In this document: piece after piece, positions 1 through 12,265 of the stretch
How the letters are laid out: each line of letters starts with the position of its first letter
How positions within the stretch are numbered: position 1 is the first letter of the stretch
From: Candidatus Aminicenantes bacterium
Lineage (GTDB): Bacteria > Acidobacteriota > Aminicenantia > Aminicenantales > UBA4085
Length of the DNA: 64,000 nucleotides
Assembly (NCBI GenBank): GCA_963803915.1
Contig: CAWDOL010000015.1
Location: 24,323-88,322 of the forward strand
Direction: 5' to 3'
Position numbers and translations under genes: made by a program
The notes under the pieces: generated by a model
The model's database searches: none
What the model was told of the DNA's origin: nothing
The model's input: the letters and a program-made list of their open reading frames with translations, nothing else

Positions 1-31
1 CGGCGAGGCCCTGTGCCATAATGGCGAGGCC

Positions 32-1194
32 ATGATCGATCGACCCGAACATTCCCTTCAACCGGGCTTCGCTGGCCGGGCGCGAGCTGGAGTACATGCG
101 CCAGGCCATCGCCGGCGGACATATCTCCGGCGACGGGCCTTTCAGCAAGCGCTGCCATGCCCTCTTGGAGAGGGAGCTGGGCGTCGGCAAAGCCCTGCTG
201 ACCACCTCCTGCACCCACGCCCTGGAGATGGCGGCCCTGCTTCTCGACCTCGTGGCCGGGAGACGAAGATCGTCGCCCCTTCCTTCGCCTTCGTCACCAC
301 GGTCAACGCCTTTGTCCTGCGCGGCGCCCGGCCGGCTTTCGTCGATATCCGCCCGGACACCTTGAACCTGGACGAAGCCAAGCTCGAGGCGGCGATCACG
401 GCCGAGAGCCGAAGGCCGTCATCCCCCTTCATTACGCCGGGGTCGGCTGCGCCATGGACGCAATCATGGACCTCGCCGCCCGCCGCGGCCTGGCGGTGAT
501 CGAGGACGCCGCCCACGGCGCTGTTCGGCCGCTATCAGGGGCGGATGCTGGGGACGTTCGGGTCGATGGCCACCTTGAGCTTCCACGAGACCAAGAACTT
601 CACCAGCGGCGGCGAGGGCGGAGCCTTGCTGATCAACGACGAGCGGCTTCTTCGAGCGGGCCGAGATCGTGCGCGAGAAGGGCACCGACCGGTCCAAGTT
701 CTTCCGCGGCCAGGTCGACAAGTACACCTGGGTCGACCTCGGCTCGAGCTACCTGCCCTCGGACCTGCTGGCCGCTTTCCTCCTGGCCCAGTTGGAGGAG
801 GCGGATTCGATCCAGGCCCGGCGCCGGGCCATCTGGCACGGCTATCTCGACCGGCTCTGGCGGCCTGGGCGGAGCGGGTCGGGAGCCAGGCTTCCCGTCG
901 TCCCCGCCGACTGCGACTCCAGCTTCCATCTGTTCCATCTCCTCCTGCCGACGCGCGAGAAGCGCGACGCGCTGATGAACGGCCTCAAGGAGCCCGGGGC
1001 GTCCTGGCCGTCTTCCATTACCTGCCGCTGCACCTTTCGCCGATGGGCCGGCCTGGGGCTACAAGGCCGGGGACTTCCCGGTGACCGAGGATCTCAGCGC
1101 GCGGCTTCTGCGCCTGCCGTTCTACAATTCGCTCGGGCCGGACGACCAGGAGCGCGTCTGCGGTGAGATCGAGGATTTGACCGCCGGCTGGTAG
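32..1194 (+). CDS. wecE: dTDP-4-amino-4,6-dideoxygalactose transaminase (DegT/DnrJ/EryC1/StrS family); several frameshifts
   Basis: Pieces in different frames give ISGDGPFSKRC, LLTTSCTHALEMAA, IEDAAH, SFHETKN (PLP lysine), EKGTDRSKFFRGQVDKYTWVDLGSSYLPS and AVFHYLPLH; stop TAG at 1192-1194. Confidence 0.9.
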
Positions 1195-1209
1195 CGGCGG
1201 TCTACGCTC

Positions 1210-1353
1210 ATACATTCGCGGCGCGAAACCCCGATTTTCAAATCGGGGTTGAGGCGCCGCTCAGTATTAACCCTGTTAATACCCCGGGCTTCAGCCCGCC
1301 CTCATTCTCTCCGAGAATGAGGACTGCAAAGCCCGGGGTATCGAGCGGGTTTA
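1210..1353 (+). repeat. Dispersed structured repeat family A, copy 1 (~144 nt)
   Basis: Near-identical to 14075-14250 (+) and 41342-41484 (-); several hairpins. Confidence 0.95.
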
Positions 1354-2050
1354 CTCGATGCGGGCGGAGCCGCCTTCCGGCGGGAACCAGGCGTGGTAGA
1401 CGTCGAGCGGATTGCGGAACCGGAAGCCCAGCGAGGCGTAGAGGTTGACGATGGGCAGGTTCCCGGCCGAGACCGAGCTGTGGAGGTCGGCGCGCCCCTG
1501 CGTCGAACAGGTCCAGGATGACCAGCGTCCAGAGCGCCTTGGCCAGTCCCTTGCCCCGCAACTCCGCGGCCATGGCGTGGAGGACGAACATCCCGTCCTT
1601 CTCGCCGATGAACCCGGCCGGCCGCCCGTCGTAGAGAAGGCCGTAGATCCGCGCCTCTCGTCGTAAAGCTCCCGCATCCATTGGTCATAGCGGGCGTCGG
1701 CCTTGGCCTTGGCGATGGCCGGGTCGCGGTGGTAGCGGCCGAGGAAGGCGCCGTGGCCGATCGGCAGCACGTCTTCCCAAGCCATGTCGCGGACGAAGGA
1801 GGCCTTGGGATCGAAGGCCGGCGCGGAGGCTTTCCCGCCTCCCCCAGGGCTCGAGCAGGGTATCGCAATAATAGAAGCCGGCCCGGCGCAGAGGAGTCGG
1901 CATCGGCCCGGGGCGGGATCTTGGCGGTGAAATGCCCGCGGGCGCCGGCCAGGCGGGACAGGGCCTCGGCTCGTCGAGCGCAGTCAGCTCGAAGGTCGGG
2001 ACACCGAAGGCGCGGGCGTCCCAGGGCGTCTCAATCCAGGGCCGGTCCGT
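1351..2050 (-). CDS. GNAT-fold acetyltransferase (WecD/RffC-like), frameshifted; start approximate
   Basis: ETPWDARAFG, GFYYCDTLLEP, GRYHRDP..ADARYDQW, ELRGKGLAK (acetyl-CoA motif) and NLYASLGF spread over three frames; next to wecE. Confidence 0.65.
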
Positions 2051-2985
2051 CGAAGCCGTCGCGGGTCGTCTCCCGAATGATGTAGAGCGGGCGCTTCTTG
2101 GTCTCGTCGAAGGTGCGGATGAGGTAGATGCCGAGGACACCGATCAGGAAGATGATGATGCCGCCCAGGAAGAAGATCGAGACGATCAGGCTCGTCCAGC
2201 CCTGCACCGCGACACCGTGGGCCAGGCGGCGGTAGATGAGGAAGGCGCCGTAAAGGAAGGACAGGAGCGAGAGGACGAAGCCCAGCTGGACCGACAGCCG
2301 CAGCGGCTTGTCGGAGTAGGCGATGACCGCGTCGACGGCCAGCCGCCAGAGCTTGCGGTAGGTGTAGGCGCTGCGGCCCTCGGTCCGCTCGTCGTGGACG
2401 ACGTCCACGGCGGCGGACGGGAAGCCCATCCATTCGACCAGGGCGGGAAAGAACCGCAGGCTCTCCCGCATCTCGCCGGTAGGCCAGAACCACCCGCCGC
2501 GAGATGATCCGGAAGTTGCCCACCCGCGGGTCGTAGGGCAGGTGGGCCAGCTAGGCGAAGGCTTTGGCGAAAAGGAAGGAGGAGAACCGGCGGGGCCGGC
2601 TGTGCTGGCGGCCGGTCCGCCGGGCGACCACGACGTCGTAGCCCTCGGGCCTTGCGGTAGAGGGCCGGGATCTCCTCCGGCCGGTCCTGCAGGTCGGCGT
2701 CCATGACCACGGCCCAGCGGCCATGGCAGAGCGTCCAGGCCGGCGCTGATGCCGTAGTGCTGGCCGAAGTTGCGGCTGAACCTGAGCCCGAGGATCGCGG
2801 CGTCCGCCGCCGCCAGCGACCGGATGATGTCCCACGATCCGTCGCCGCCGCAGTCCTCGACCAGGATGATCTCGAAGTCCGGCGAGAGAGGCTCCAGGGC
2901 CGCCTGAGGCGCGGCATAGAGCTCGGGCAGCGAGCCCTCGTTCCGGAAGACCGGGAATGACGACGGAGATCAACGGGGCGTCCAT
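2031..2985 (-). CDS. GT2 glycosyltransferase (GtrB/ArnC-like polyprenol-phosphate sugar transferase), frameshifted
   Basis: ISVVIP, VVMDADLQDRPEEIP, RFFPALVEWMGF, two C-terminal TM helices and ETKKRPLYII. Confidence 0.88.
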
Positions 2986-3033
2986 TTCGACCGTATTATA
3001 TGCGAAACCCGGGGCCGGCCCAACCGTTGGCGG

Positions 3034-5114
3034 TCAGGGGCGAAGCCGCGCGACCCGGAAGACGGCGTAGCGGAAGCTGCGGAAGCCGAGCTCGAGGACG
3101 AAGGGCGGGGCTTCGATCCGGGCCGGCAGCGAATCCTTCCATATTGCGGCGTCGTTGCGCCTCTTGACCAGGACGTGGGTAGCCCCGTACTTGGCCAGGA
3201 TGGAGCCGTTTTGGGCCGGATCGTCCAGAAAGCGCCGGATGTCGTCCCTCCGCTCGGCCAGCTGATCAGCCTCCAGGTGGTAGGGCAGATAGGCATGAGG
3301 CGTGTCGTCGAGGACGGCGCGATGATCGGTGAAGTAGGGGACATACATGACGGACTCGCCGTAGAGGAGCACCGCCTCCGGTCCGGCGTTTTCCTGAAGG
3401 TAGGCGCAGGCCGCCGTGAAGTCGGCCGGGAAGATCGTGGGCTGGGTGTGCAGGGCTTTTACGGCCGCGAACTGGGCGGTGTTGGGCAGGCTCAGCAAAA
3501 GGAGGGCGGCCGGGAGGGCGAAGCGGAGGCCTCGGCGGGCTTGGCCCGCGGCTCGCACGGCCCAGGCGGCCGCGGCCGCGAGCAGGACGGAAGCCGACAG
3601 CTTGAAGATGTCGACCACGATCCACGGCCGCGGGGTGGCGCCCAGCCGGGGCGAGGACCAGAAGAAGAGGACGATGCCGGACAGGAAGACAGCGCCCAGG
3701 AACACCGTCGTGGCGTCGTCGCGCCGGAAACGGAAGGTCCGCCGCATCAGGTCCGGCAAGCCCAGCAGCGAGGCTCCGAACCCGCCCAGGAAGAAGACGA
3801 AAAGTGCCGCCAGCCCGGCCAGGATGGAGACCGGGCCGAGGCCCTGCCCGTGGATCAGGTCCCGCCAGGTCTCGGCCAGGCGATTCAAACCGCTCTGGAA
3901 GAGCGATACCGAGACCCAGTCGTTGAAGGCCAGGCTCGGGCCGTAGGCCGGGCCGCGGACGTTCTGCGCGCCGGCCAGGAGGATGAGCGGTACTGTCATC
4001 AGGGCCGTCGCCAGGACGGGCGGCAGGAAGGATGCGTCCTTGCGGAAGAGGAGAAAGCCCGCGGCCGCGGCCAGGAGCCCGCCGAGGACGGGGACCGCGA
4101 ATGTCATCTTGTAGCCGGTGATGAGGGCCAGCAGGAAGGCGGAGGCCAGCAGCCAGCCGGAGCGGTGCGTTTCGGCGTAGCGGTGCAGAGCCAGCGCTCC
4201 GGCGAAGAAGACGGCCAGGGCGGGCAGGATGGGATTGATGCTGACGAGGTCGATGTAATAGAAGGAGAAGAACGTCTGGCCCCAGTAGCCGGCCGTGGGG
4301 GAGAAAAGCCCGCCAGCCAGCCCAGCCCGCCGGTCCCGAAGACGCAGAGGCTGGTCCCGAGGAGCGCGGCCCAGGCCGACCGGGCCCAGCGGCGGAGGAA
4401 GGCGTAGACGGCGAGAAGGAGCGAGGCGAAATAAAAGGTGATGGTCAGGCGATGGAACAGGTCGGCCACGGACAGCTTGAGATATTTGTAGAAGGCGGCC
4501 GCGAAGAGGTTCATGTCGTAGTGGTAGCTGATCGGCAGGCCGGCCGCGAAAGGCATCTGGGGCGGGATGGCGTGACTCAATTCCCGGGTCAGCGCCGTCC
4601 GGCTGAAGCCGTCATAGAAGCGCATGAAATAGCGGACCGAGCCGTCGGAGAGCGTCATCCCGTTGCGGAAGTTGTCGATCCACAGCGCGGCCAGGACGAG
4701 CAGGGCGAGAAGGCCGAAGGCGAGACCCTCCGCCGTCACCCGGAAGCGGAAGGCCGCGGCCGCCGGGGGGTGGAGAGCGAGCCCGGCCAGAACATAGGCC
4801 GCGGCGCCTCCGAGCCCGGCCCAGAGCAGGGCGGGAACGCCCAGCAGCCCGGCGATGCGGGCCAGCAGGGTCGAGGCGGTGAAGCCCAGGGTCAGGACCA
4901 GGGCCGCGCGCTCGACCCGGCTGCCGTCGAGCCGGAGGAGCCGGACCAGGGCCAGACCCGGGGAGACCACGCCGACGAGGAGCCCGACCAGAAACTTCAG
5001 GCTGTCGGCGACAGGGACGCCGAAACGGGCCATGACGACGGCGAAGGCCAGGACGCCGCCGGCGCATAAGCCGAAGAAGGCGGCCGGGCCCGCGGTCCGC
5101 GGTTCCTTGGTCAT
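3034..5114 (-). CDS. Large polytopic membrane protein, possibly a GT-C glycosyltransferase; frameshift near 4300 splits it into two ORFs
   Basis: Many TM helices, PPQMPFAAG..YHY loop, C-terminal ILAKYGATHVLV domain; directly upstream of the GT2 gene. Confidence 0.6.
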
Positions 5115-5130
5115 GCCGACCGATTCCCCG

Positions 5131-5607
5131 TCAGCCCGCAAGCTTGAGGGTCAGCTGGGCCAGCCGCTTGCCGTACTTGGCGCAGCTTCGCGCCGCCCGC
5201 TCGTCCGGCTTGCCGACCGCGGCCGGGCCGTAGTGGTCGCCCTGGTGGTCGCCCTGCACGATCATGCCGTGGATGAGCAGGGCGTTCAGGATGTCGAGCA
5301 CGGCGGTCTCGTTGCCGCCGGCCAGGTTGCCCGAGGAGCAGAAGGCGCCGCCCACCCGGCCCTTGAGCTTGCCGTGGTGCTTGACGCTCTCGTCCAGGAG
5401 CTTCTTGACCGGCCAGGCCATGGTCCCGTAGTAGACCGGCGAGCCGAGGATGATGAGGTCGTAGGCCAACAGGTCGTCGGGCCCGATGTCGGCCGCCTTG
5501 CGCAGGTCGACCGGCAGTCCCGCCGCCGAGACCGCTTCCGCGATCATGATGGCCATCTTCTCGGTGTTGCCGGTCTTGGAGTAGTAGCCAACCAGAGCTT
5601 TTGCCAT
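5131..5607 (-). CDS. Flavodoxin / WrbA-like NAD(P)H-dependent oxidoreductase
   Basis: YYSKTGNT FMN loop, GSPVYYG, GGNETA. Confidence 0.85.
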   Translation of the reverse strand: MAKALVGYYSKTGNTEKMAIMIAEAVSAAGLPVDLRKAADIGPDDLLAYDLIILGSPVYYGTMAWPVKKLLDESVKHHGKLKGRVGGAFCSSGNLAGGNETAVLDILNALLIHGMIVQGDHQGDHYGPAAVGKPDERAARSCAKYGKRLAQLTLKLAG

Positions 5608-5647
5608 GAGCGCCCTCCCGCGGGCTATCTTAGCAGACTTCGGGCCT

Positions 5648-7088
5648 TCAGACGACGATGCGGGTCCGGCCGCCCTTGGTCAGCTCGATGTCCATGTTGG
5701 GCTTGTTGGCGGTCCAGGCGCCCGCCGTGAAGTCGGGTATGTCGATCGAGTTGGAGCGGTTCAGCACCGACCACTGGCTCAGCGGGCACGACCACACTCC
5801 AGGCCGCGGCGTCGTAGACGTCCTGGTCCAGCGGCAGGCCGTGGCGCAGGCAGTCGATCAGCCGCCAGTCCTCCATCAGGTCGGTCCCGCCGTGGCCGGC
5901 GCCCGTCTGCCGGGCCAGCTCGGCCAGCTGGAGGGTGATCTTCGGGGTATGCTTCTCTTCCAGGGCTTTGAGCTCCTCGGCCGGCATCCAGGCGTGATTG
6001 CCGGGCGACAGGCGCGGCGGCGGCGGGTCGTAGAGGGCGGCCCCGCGGGTGCCGTAGATGCCGTGGATCAGGTTGTGGGGCGAGGGCGAGGTGGCGTCGT
6101 GCTGGACCATGATGGTCCGGCCCTTGGCCGTCCGGATCAGGGTCGAGCTCATGTTGCCGCGATACTCCAGGCCGGCAAAGGGCTTGAAGAACTCGTCCGT
6201 CGCGGCGAGCTCCCCGGCCCGATCCTGCATCATGAAGTCGTGGCTCTCGACGGAGACCAGGAATTCGAACCGGTCGCCGCGGTTGATGTTCATGATCGTG
6301 CTGACCGGCCCCAGGCCGTGGGTCGGGTAGAGGTTGCCCCGGCGCGCGGCGTACTGCCGCAGCCACCACATGTCCCAGTACAGGGTCTTGGAGAAGTTGT
6401 TGCCCATCTTGCTGGTGTTGTAGGCGCAGTCGCCGTGGACGACCTCGCCGAAGAATCCCCGCCGGGCCAGGGCCAGGGTCAGCAGCTGGAACGGCAGGTA
6501 GCAGTAGTTCTCCATCATCATGCAATGGCGGCGGGTCCGCTCGGCCGTCTCCACCAGCCGCCAGCACTCCTCGATCGTCCCGGCCGCCGGCACTTCGGAG
6601 GCGACGTGCTTGCCGTGGTCCATGGCGTAGACCGCCATCATGGCGTGCATGTACCAGGGCGTGGTGAGGATGACCAGGTCGATGTCCGGCCGCTCGCAGA
6701 CCTTCTTCCAATCCTCCGGCCCGGTATAGACGTCCGGGGCGTGGCCTGTCCCGTCGAGCTGCTTGCGGGCGGCCGCGGCCTTCTCGGGCCGGATGTCGCA
6801 GAGGGCCTTGATCTCGGTCCCCTCGACGTGGGTCATGGTCGTCATGTGGGCCGGCCCGCGCTGGCCCAGGCCGATGATCCCGATGCGGACCTTGTCCAGC
6901 GGCGGTGCGGTAAAGCCCGACATGTTGAAGCGCTGGACATGATCCCTCTGCCGGCGCTTCATCGCGGCCGGCAGCTCCTCGGGGGCGGCATCGGTGTCGC
7001 CGGCCCAGCCTTTGAGCAGGCCCTGGCCGGCCAGGCCGAGGCCGCCGAGACCGGATAGACGAAGGTAATCGCGTCGGGTGATGGTCAT
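5648..7088 (-). CDS. Tat-exported GH109-type NAD-dependent glycosidase (Gfo/Idh/MocA); frameshift near 5780
   Basis: TRRDYL Tat signal, IGLGQRG, MMMENYCY, YPTHGLGP, GHGGTD, DVYDAAAWS; C-terminal IPDFTAGAW lies in the shifted frame. Confidence 0.85.
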
Positions 7089-7258
7089 GGGAGGCTCCTG
7101 GACGAAGCGGGGAGATGGAAGGCCGCCATATCGGGCTGACATGTTAGCACAACCGTCCGGCGAACTCACGGCCGCGGGGGAAGGCTGCGGAGGCTTGGCG
7201 AGCGGCCCGGGATTGTGCCATAATGTCGCTTCATTTTAACTCCCGGCCTGGAGGACGC

Positions 7259-7659
7259 ATGAACAGGTGGAGAATCGGGGCGGCCGCTCTCGCCGCCGTC
7301 ATCATCATGACATCCTGCACCCCCAACGTCGTTCCCGACGGCTTCCAGCTCTTGGGCCGCCGCGAAGTCAACTTCGGCATCGACCGCGACTCGATCGAGG
7401 TCAATCGGGCCGCCGGCCCGTTGCGCCAGCTCATGATCACGGCCAAGATGAACCCGGTCGAAGTCTTACACCATCCGGGTCATCTTCGAGAAGCGGCGCC
7501 GCCTTCGACGCCGACGTCCGCGAGCGCCTTTTCGTCGGCCGCGACCGGCTGATGCTGGACCTGCCCGGCGAGGCCCGCAAGGTCCGCGAGGTCACCTTCC
7601 GCTACCGGAAGCTGAACAACGCCGTCCGGCGCGCGGTCATCGAGCTCTGGGGCCGCTGA
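7259..7659 (+). CDS. Small lipoprotein (DUF2541/YaaI-like), frameshifted near 7465
   Basis: GGAGG RBS, lipobox IMTSC, LLGRREVNFGIDRDSI, LDLPGEARKVREV..IELWG. Confidence 0.65.
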
Positions 7660-7680
7660 GCCCCGGCGGGCTCGGCCGTC

Positions 7681-10264
7681 CTATTTTGCCGGCGACGCCT
7701 CGAAGACGAGATCGCGGCCCGGTGCCGCGGTCGCCGAAATAGGGGGGAAGTATACGTAATTCCCTATTCTCTCCGGCTCCTTCCCGTGGCGCTGAACTGC
7801 TTCAGGGCCACTTCCCCCTTGAGCACCTTCAGGGTTACGGCCCATTTGCCTCCCGCCTTTTTCATGGTCGTCGTCCCATAGGCGTAGCCGTTGGACCAGA
7901 AGAAGGTCCCTTCCCTGGCCGCCATGGCCATCGTCTGGTCGACGCCCGAATACCGGAAGCCGGTCAGGGCCAGGACGCCGGCCCAGCTGATCATGGCCCG
8001 GCCGTAGTGATGGCCGCACTCGGCTTCGTCATAGGGATTTCGCTTCAGGCCGTCGTAGCGGGCCCGGATGTCGGCGATCGTCCGCAGCCCCTCCTCGGTC
8101 ATCCCCTCGTAGAGCATGCCGATGGCCGCCGTGTACTCGAACCCGGTCATGACCTCGGTGAAGTAGGGGAAGGGGTTGGCCGGACGGCCGTCGGGATAGC
8201 CGGCCATGAGGAGCGCGGCCTCGTCTCCGAGCGCGAACGTGCGCAGGACGTTGAAGTGGTCGGCCAGCGAGTCGCGCCGGTTGTACTTGAGGATCGAGGC
8301 CAGGGTCGTCCGGGTGTTCTCGGGCTTGACCAGATAGCCCAGGCCGCCGACGTGGGCCAGGAGCTGGCCGACGAGCTGGTCGACGAGGCAGCCCTCGGCC
8401 AGCTGGTAGTCCGGCTTGGAGATGTCGGCGGCACCCATGCCGACCAGCAGGGCCGGGGCGATGTCGGCCGCGCTCTTGGGCGGGACGACCTTGTGGATGT
8501 AGTAGCGGCCGTTGAACAGGTTGGCGTCGATCCAGCGGCTGCCGTTGTCGAACAGGCGGCGGCAGGTCGAGGCGAACGCGGCGTCGCCCGAGGCCTTGGC
8601 CATCTCTTCGGCCGCCCGCAGCGCCCCCAGGTACCACAAGCCCATCTGCGGGTTGGGGCCGTAGTACTCGACGTCCATGGTGTTGTGCTGGCAGCCCTCC
8701 ATGACCCCGTCCTTGTCGGCGTCCCAGCCGCCGGGAATCCAGCAGAACTCCACGGCCTTGCGGACCTTGGGCCAGTAGGCTTTGAGGAAGGCCTCGTCGC
8801 CCGCAAGCTGCCAGTCGCGGTACATCTTCAGGATGCAGCCCATCTGCCCGTCGGCGGCCGCCTTGCCCCAGGGCGTTTCCTCGAGCGGCAGCTTCCAGCG
8901 GAAGCTCATCAACCCCGTGGCCGGGTCGGTCTGGGGCCCGAACTCCACTTCGCGCAGCGAGCGGGCGATGCCCCCGAACAGGAAGGCCACGGCCTGCTCG
9001 TAGTTCCAGACGTGAGTGCAAGTCCCCCAGCAACAGCCCTCCTTGTCGCCGCACCCCTCCCAGGCGTAGAAGCGGCCGTCCTCCGTCCGGAAGCAGGTCT
9101 GGGTTCGGAGCGTGCTCAGGTTGAAGAGGGCGGCCTCCTTGACCACGGTCGGGAGGTCGGAGCCGATGAACGCGGCGGCGAAGGCGGCCGTCTCGGATTC
9201 GAGCGCCGGCAGGCGGGGCCAGGCCTTTTCGGCCGCGTCCCAGGCGTCCGCGAAGCGGGTCGTGTAGTGGTTGCCCAGGCGCTTTTCCGACCAGGCGTAG
9301 CGGTTGGGGAAGTGCCAGGTGATGAGGAACGGGAACTCGCGCACCGCCCCCGGCGGCAGGACGGCTTGCACCGCCAGCGAGGCCCGCGGCTGGCCGTTGT
9401 TCGGGTCGGGTGCGCGCTCGGCCATGCGGCCGTCGTCCGTCAGGTCGTCCCAGAAGTCCAGCAGCGGAGTGCCCCAGCCGGCCGCGAGCCAGGCCGTGCG
9501 GCAGGATGCGTCCTCCGATGCCGGGACGGCCAGCGCCATCGTGCCCCACTGTTCGGCTTCGGACTTGGCCGTGTCCGAGGTCATGAAGACGCCCTGCACG
9601 GCGCCGCCTTTGCGGAAGGCGTTGCGGTTCTTGGTCGGGAACGACTTGGTCCCGTCGTTGCCGATGAAGTTCTGCAGCGTGCCGCAGACCGTGACGGTCT
9701 GGGCCTCCGCGGAGGTGTTGGTGATCTCGTAGACGAGGACCGCGACCGGCAGCCCGCTCGAGTCGGGGTCGGTCGGGATGAAGGGATTCCAGCCTTTGAT
9801 CCGGGCCTTGACGGGCATCCCCGGATCGGAGAGGTTGACGACGCCGAAGGGATAGCCGGCGTCGAAGGAGACCTGCCGGAACGTGGGCAGGCCGGGGTTG
9901 CTCGGCGTCCTTGACGCCGCTTCCGCCCTCGTATTGGAAGAGCTCCACGGGGCCGGTCAGGGCTTTGGCTTTGACGGCGCCGGAGGCCGACTTGGTGCGG
10001 ACGGCGAAGAAGGGCGCGCCCGGGATTATAGCCCTTGGCCGGGCGGTTCATGATCTCCCAGTCGCGCAGGTCGCCCCGGCCGCCCAGCGAGACCGTGCCG
10101 GTGCCGATCCCGCCCAGAGGCAGGGCGATGCGGGCGACATGCCCCTGGTCGTAGTGCTTGAGAACGGGCCACTCGGCCGCGGTCGCGAGCGACGCGGCCA
10201 AGAAAATAAATAGGGGTGCAGTATACGTAAATCCCGATTTCCAGATCCGTTCTTGATCGCTCAT
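7681..10264 (-). CDS. GH116 glycoside hydrolase; frameshifts near 10020, 9900 and probably 7785
   Basis: [42 protein letters not shown]; probable true C-terminus is in the 7681 frame. Confidence 0.9.
7737..7768 (-). repeat. Repeat family C, copy 1
   Basis: Minus strand aatagggaattacgtatacttcccccctattt; first 20 nt identical to 18641-18660. Confidence 0.85.
10208..10243 (-). repeat. Repeat family C, copy 2
   Basis: Minus strand tggaaatcgggatttacgtatactgcacccctattt; 32/36 identical to 18637-18672. Confidence 0.85.
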
Positions 10265-10331
10265 GGGATTGAGCCTGCCTTTCGATCTTTCCTTGCTATC
10301 ACAATCCGACGTCTTCGGCGCCGGCCTAAGG

Positions 10332-11501
10332 TTATCGGATGAAGACCAGCAGGGCATCGGAGACGGCCCGCTCACCCGCCGGATCGCTGGGGCTGTTGAT
10401 GACCTTGCCCTTGACGACCATGGCGGTCGAGCCGCCTCCGTCCAGGTTGACGGCGTCCACACAGCCCAGTTCGGCCATGAGGGCGGCCAGCTCGGCGATG
10501 GTCATGCCGACGCCGACCCTGGGCCGGCGGCCGTCGACGACGGCCAGGACGATTGTCCCGTCTGCCCGCACCCCGGCCGCGGTCCGCGGGTGCCGGCTGC
10601 CGTAGAAATTCTCCGGGAACGCCTTGGCCTCCGAAGGCACCGGCTTGCCGCCGCGGAGAAGCCGCGGCCCGCCCCCGATCAGGAAGTCGGGCGGGAAGGG
10701 GATCGGCGGATCGGCCTGGATCGGCGTCTCGAGCCGGACGCCCGTCCCCCGGTTCAGGCCGGTCCGGATCCACTCGGCGGCCGCCCCCCGTCCGGACAGG
10801 ACCATGCCGTCCGCCGGGATAAGCGAGCTTCCGGCCTTGTCCCGGACCTCGACGACCCGGCCCTCGCGGACGATCGCCTCCGCCCCGCTCGGGTCGGTCA
10901 GGGTGGTCCGGTGGAACTCGGGCGTGAAGACGACCAGGTCGTTCGGGCCCCGGTCGCGGTTGAAGCCGTCAACCGCAAACGACGACGAGCCTCCTACGAC
11001 GGCGACCGAAGCCTTGACCCGGACATGGGCGACCGCGAGGATCGTCCCGCCCTTCCTGTCGGCGACGGCCAGCGAGGCGCGGCCCTTGGCCGGCTCGCTG
11101 AGGATCTTCCCGCCCATGGCCATCAACCCGGCCGGCTCGCCCTTGAGCAGGCCGGAGGTGCGGAAGTAGCCGCCGTTGACCGCGGCAATCGCGCCAAGCC
11201 GGGCCGCGATCGAGCTTGTCGCCTCGGCGCCCACGATCTCGTCAAGCGCGACGCCCAGCTCGAGCCGAACCTTGACTGGGTCAAGAAGGAGGGCGTTGAT
11301 CGTCCAGCGGTCGCCGGAGGCCTCCGGGCCGAAGCTCCCGCGCTTGATCTCGATCCGCTCGATCCCCGGAGCCACGGCCTCCGATATCCTCGTCTCTTCG
11401 GACCCAAAAAGGGCCAGGCCGATCAGGAGAGCGGGCAGGAGGCGCGGGAGCCGGATGATGGCCATTTCAAACTCCGTTCGGGCCGTGCGGGCCGCGGCCA
11501 T
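10332..11501 (-). CDS. Phosphodiester glycosidase family protein (NAGPA/DUF2233), exported
   Basis: [35 protein letters not shown]. Confidence 0.88.
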   Translation of the reverse strand: MAAARTARTEFEMAIIRLPRLLPALLIGLALFGSEETRISEAVAPGIERIEIKRGSFGPEASGDRWTINALLLDPVKVRLELGVALDEIVGAEATSSIAARLGAIAAVNGGYFRTSGLLKGEPAGLMAMGGKILSEPAKGRASLAVADRKGGTILAVAHVRVKASVAVVGGSSSFAVDGFNRDRGPNDLVVFTPEFHRTTLTDPSGAEAIVREGRVVEVRDKAGSSLIPADGMVLSGRGAAAEWIRTGLNRGTGVRLETPIQADPPIPFPPDFLIGGGPRLLRGGKPVPSEAKAFPENFYGSRHPRTAAGVRADGTIVLAVVDGRRPRVGVGMTIAELAALMAELGCVDAVNLDGGGSTAMVVKGKVINSPSDPAGERAVSDALLVFIR

Positions 11502-11713
11502 CTTACTACGGGGAGCAGTAGCTACGATACATAATCCTTGCTGCTCCCCGAGTACTAGCCGGGCGGCAAAGACATCCAGAGCGAACCATATTCCGCCCGG
11601 CTTAGTATCCCGAACCGCAACCCCCGGACAAGCCGTCGCGCGTCCCTTGCCGCGTGAAATCGGAACCGGTTTTGCGTATAATGAGGGTCCGTCTTTTGGA
11701 GAGGTGAATCAGC

Positions 11714-12217
11714 ATGCCTACGCTCATCGTTTACGCCACCGGCCACGGCTGCACGGCCAAGTGTGTGGATCGTATGGCTTCCCGCCTGACCGGGAGGGTC
11801 ATGTCCGTCGACCTGAAGAAGAACGAGGATCCCGACCCGAGCAACTACGAGGCCGTCATCGTCGGCGGCTCGATCCATGCCGGCAAGATTCAGGGCAAGG
11901 TGCGCCGCTACTTCAAGTGGCGGGGCGAAGCCCTCAAGAGCAAGAAGCTGGGCCTCTTCATCTGCTGCATGGAGGAGGGGGAGAAGGCAGAGAAGCAGTT
12001 CGCCGACGCCTTTCCGCCCGAGTTCATCAGCCAGGCCGTGGCCAAGGGCCTCTTCGGCGGCGAGTTCGACTTCTCCAAGATGAACTTCATGGAGAAGGCC
12101 ATAGTCAAGAAGGTCGCCGGGGTGACCGAGAGCGTCAACAAGATCCGCGAGGACGCCGTCGACGCCTTCGCCGCGGAGATGTCAAAGCACCTGGAAGCCG
12201 ACGGCGTCGAGATTTAA
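11714..12217 (+). CDS. Flavodoxin-domain protein (HemG-like)
   Basis: YATGHGCT, VGGSIHAG, LGLFICCM; GAGGTG RBS. Confidence 0.8.
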   Translation: MPTLIVYATGHGCTAKCVDRMASRLTGRVMSVDLKKNEDPDPSNYEAVIVGGSIHAGKIQGKVRRYFKWRGEALKSKKLGLFICCMEEGEKAEKQFADAFPPEFISQAVAKGLFGGEFDFSKMNFMEKAIVKKVAGVTESVNKIREDAVDAFAAEMSKHLEADGVEI

Positions 12218-12265
12218 AGCTCCATTCGTCCCGGTTGAAGCTTAGCTCCTTGGCCGGCAGTCCCT

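Noticed and set aside
1210-1353. Family A as a tRNA, terminator or small ORF family (PARYPGLCSPHSRRE in several tracks)
   Set aside because: No T-arm or CCA, no U tract; the shared peptides are just translations of the repeat with no consistent start
10208-10243. Repeat C as a dif/Xer site
   Set aside because: Only superficial similarity (ggtgc...taaat); lacks the 11-6-11 arm structure and occurs three times within genes
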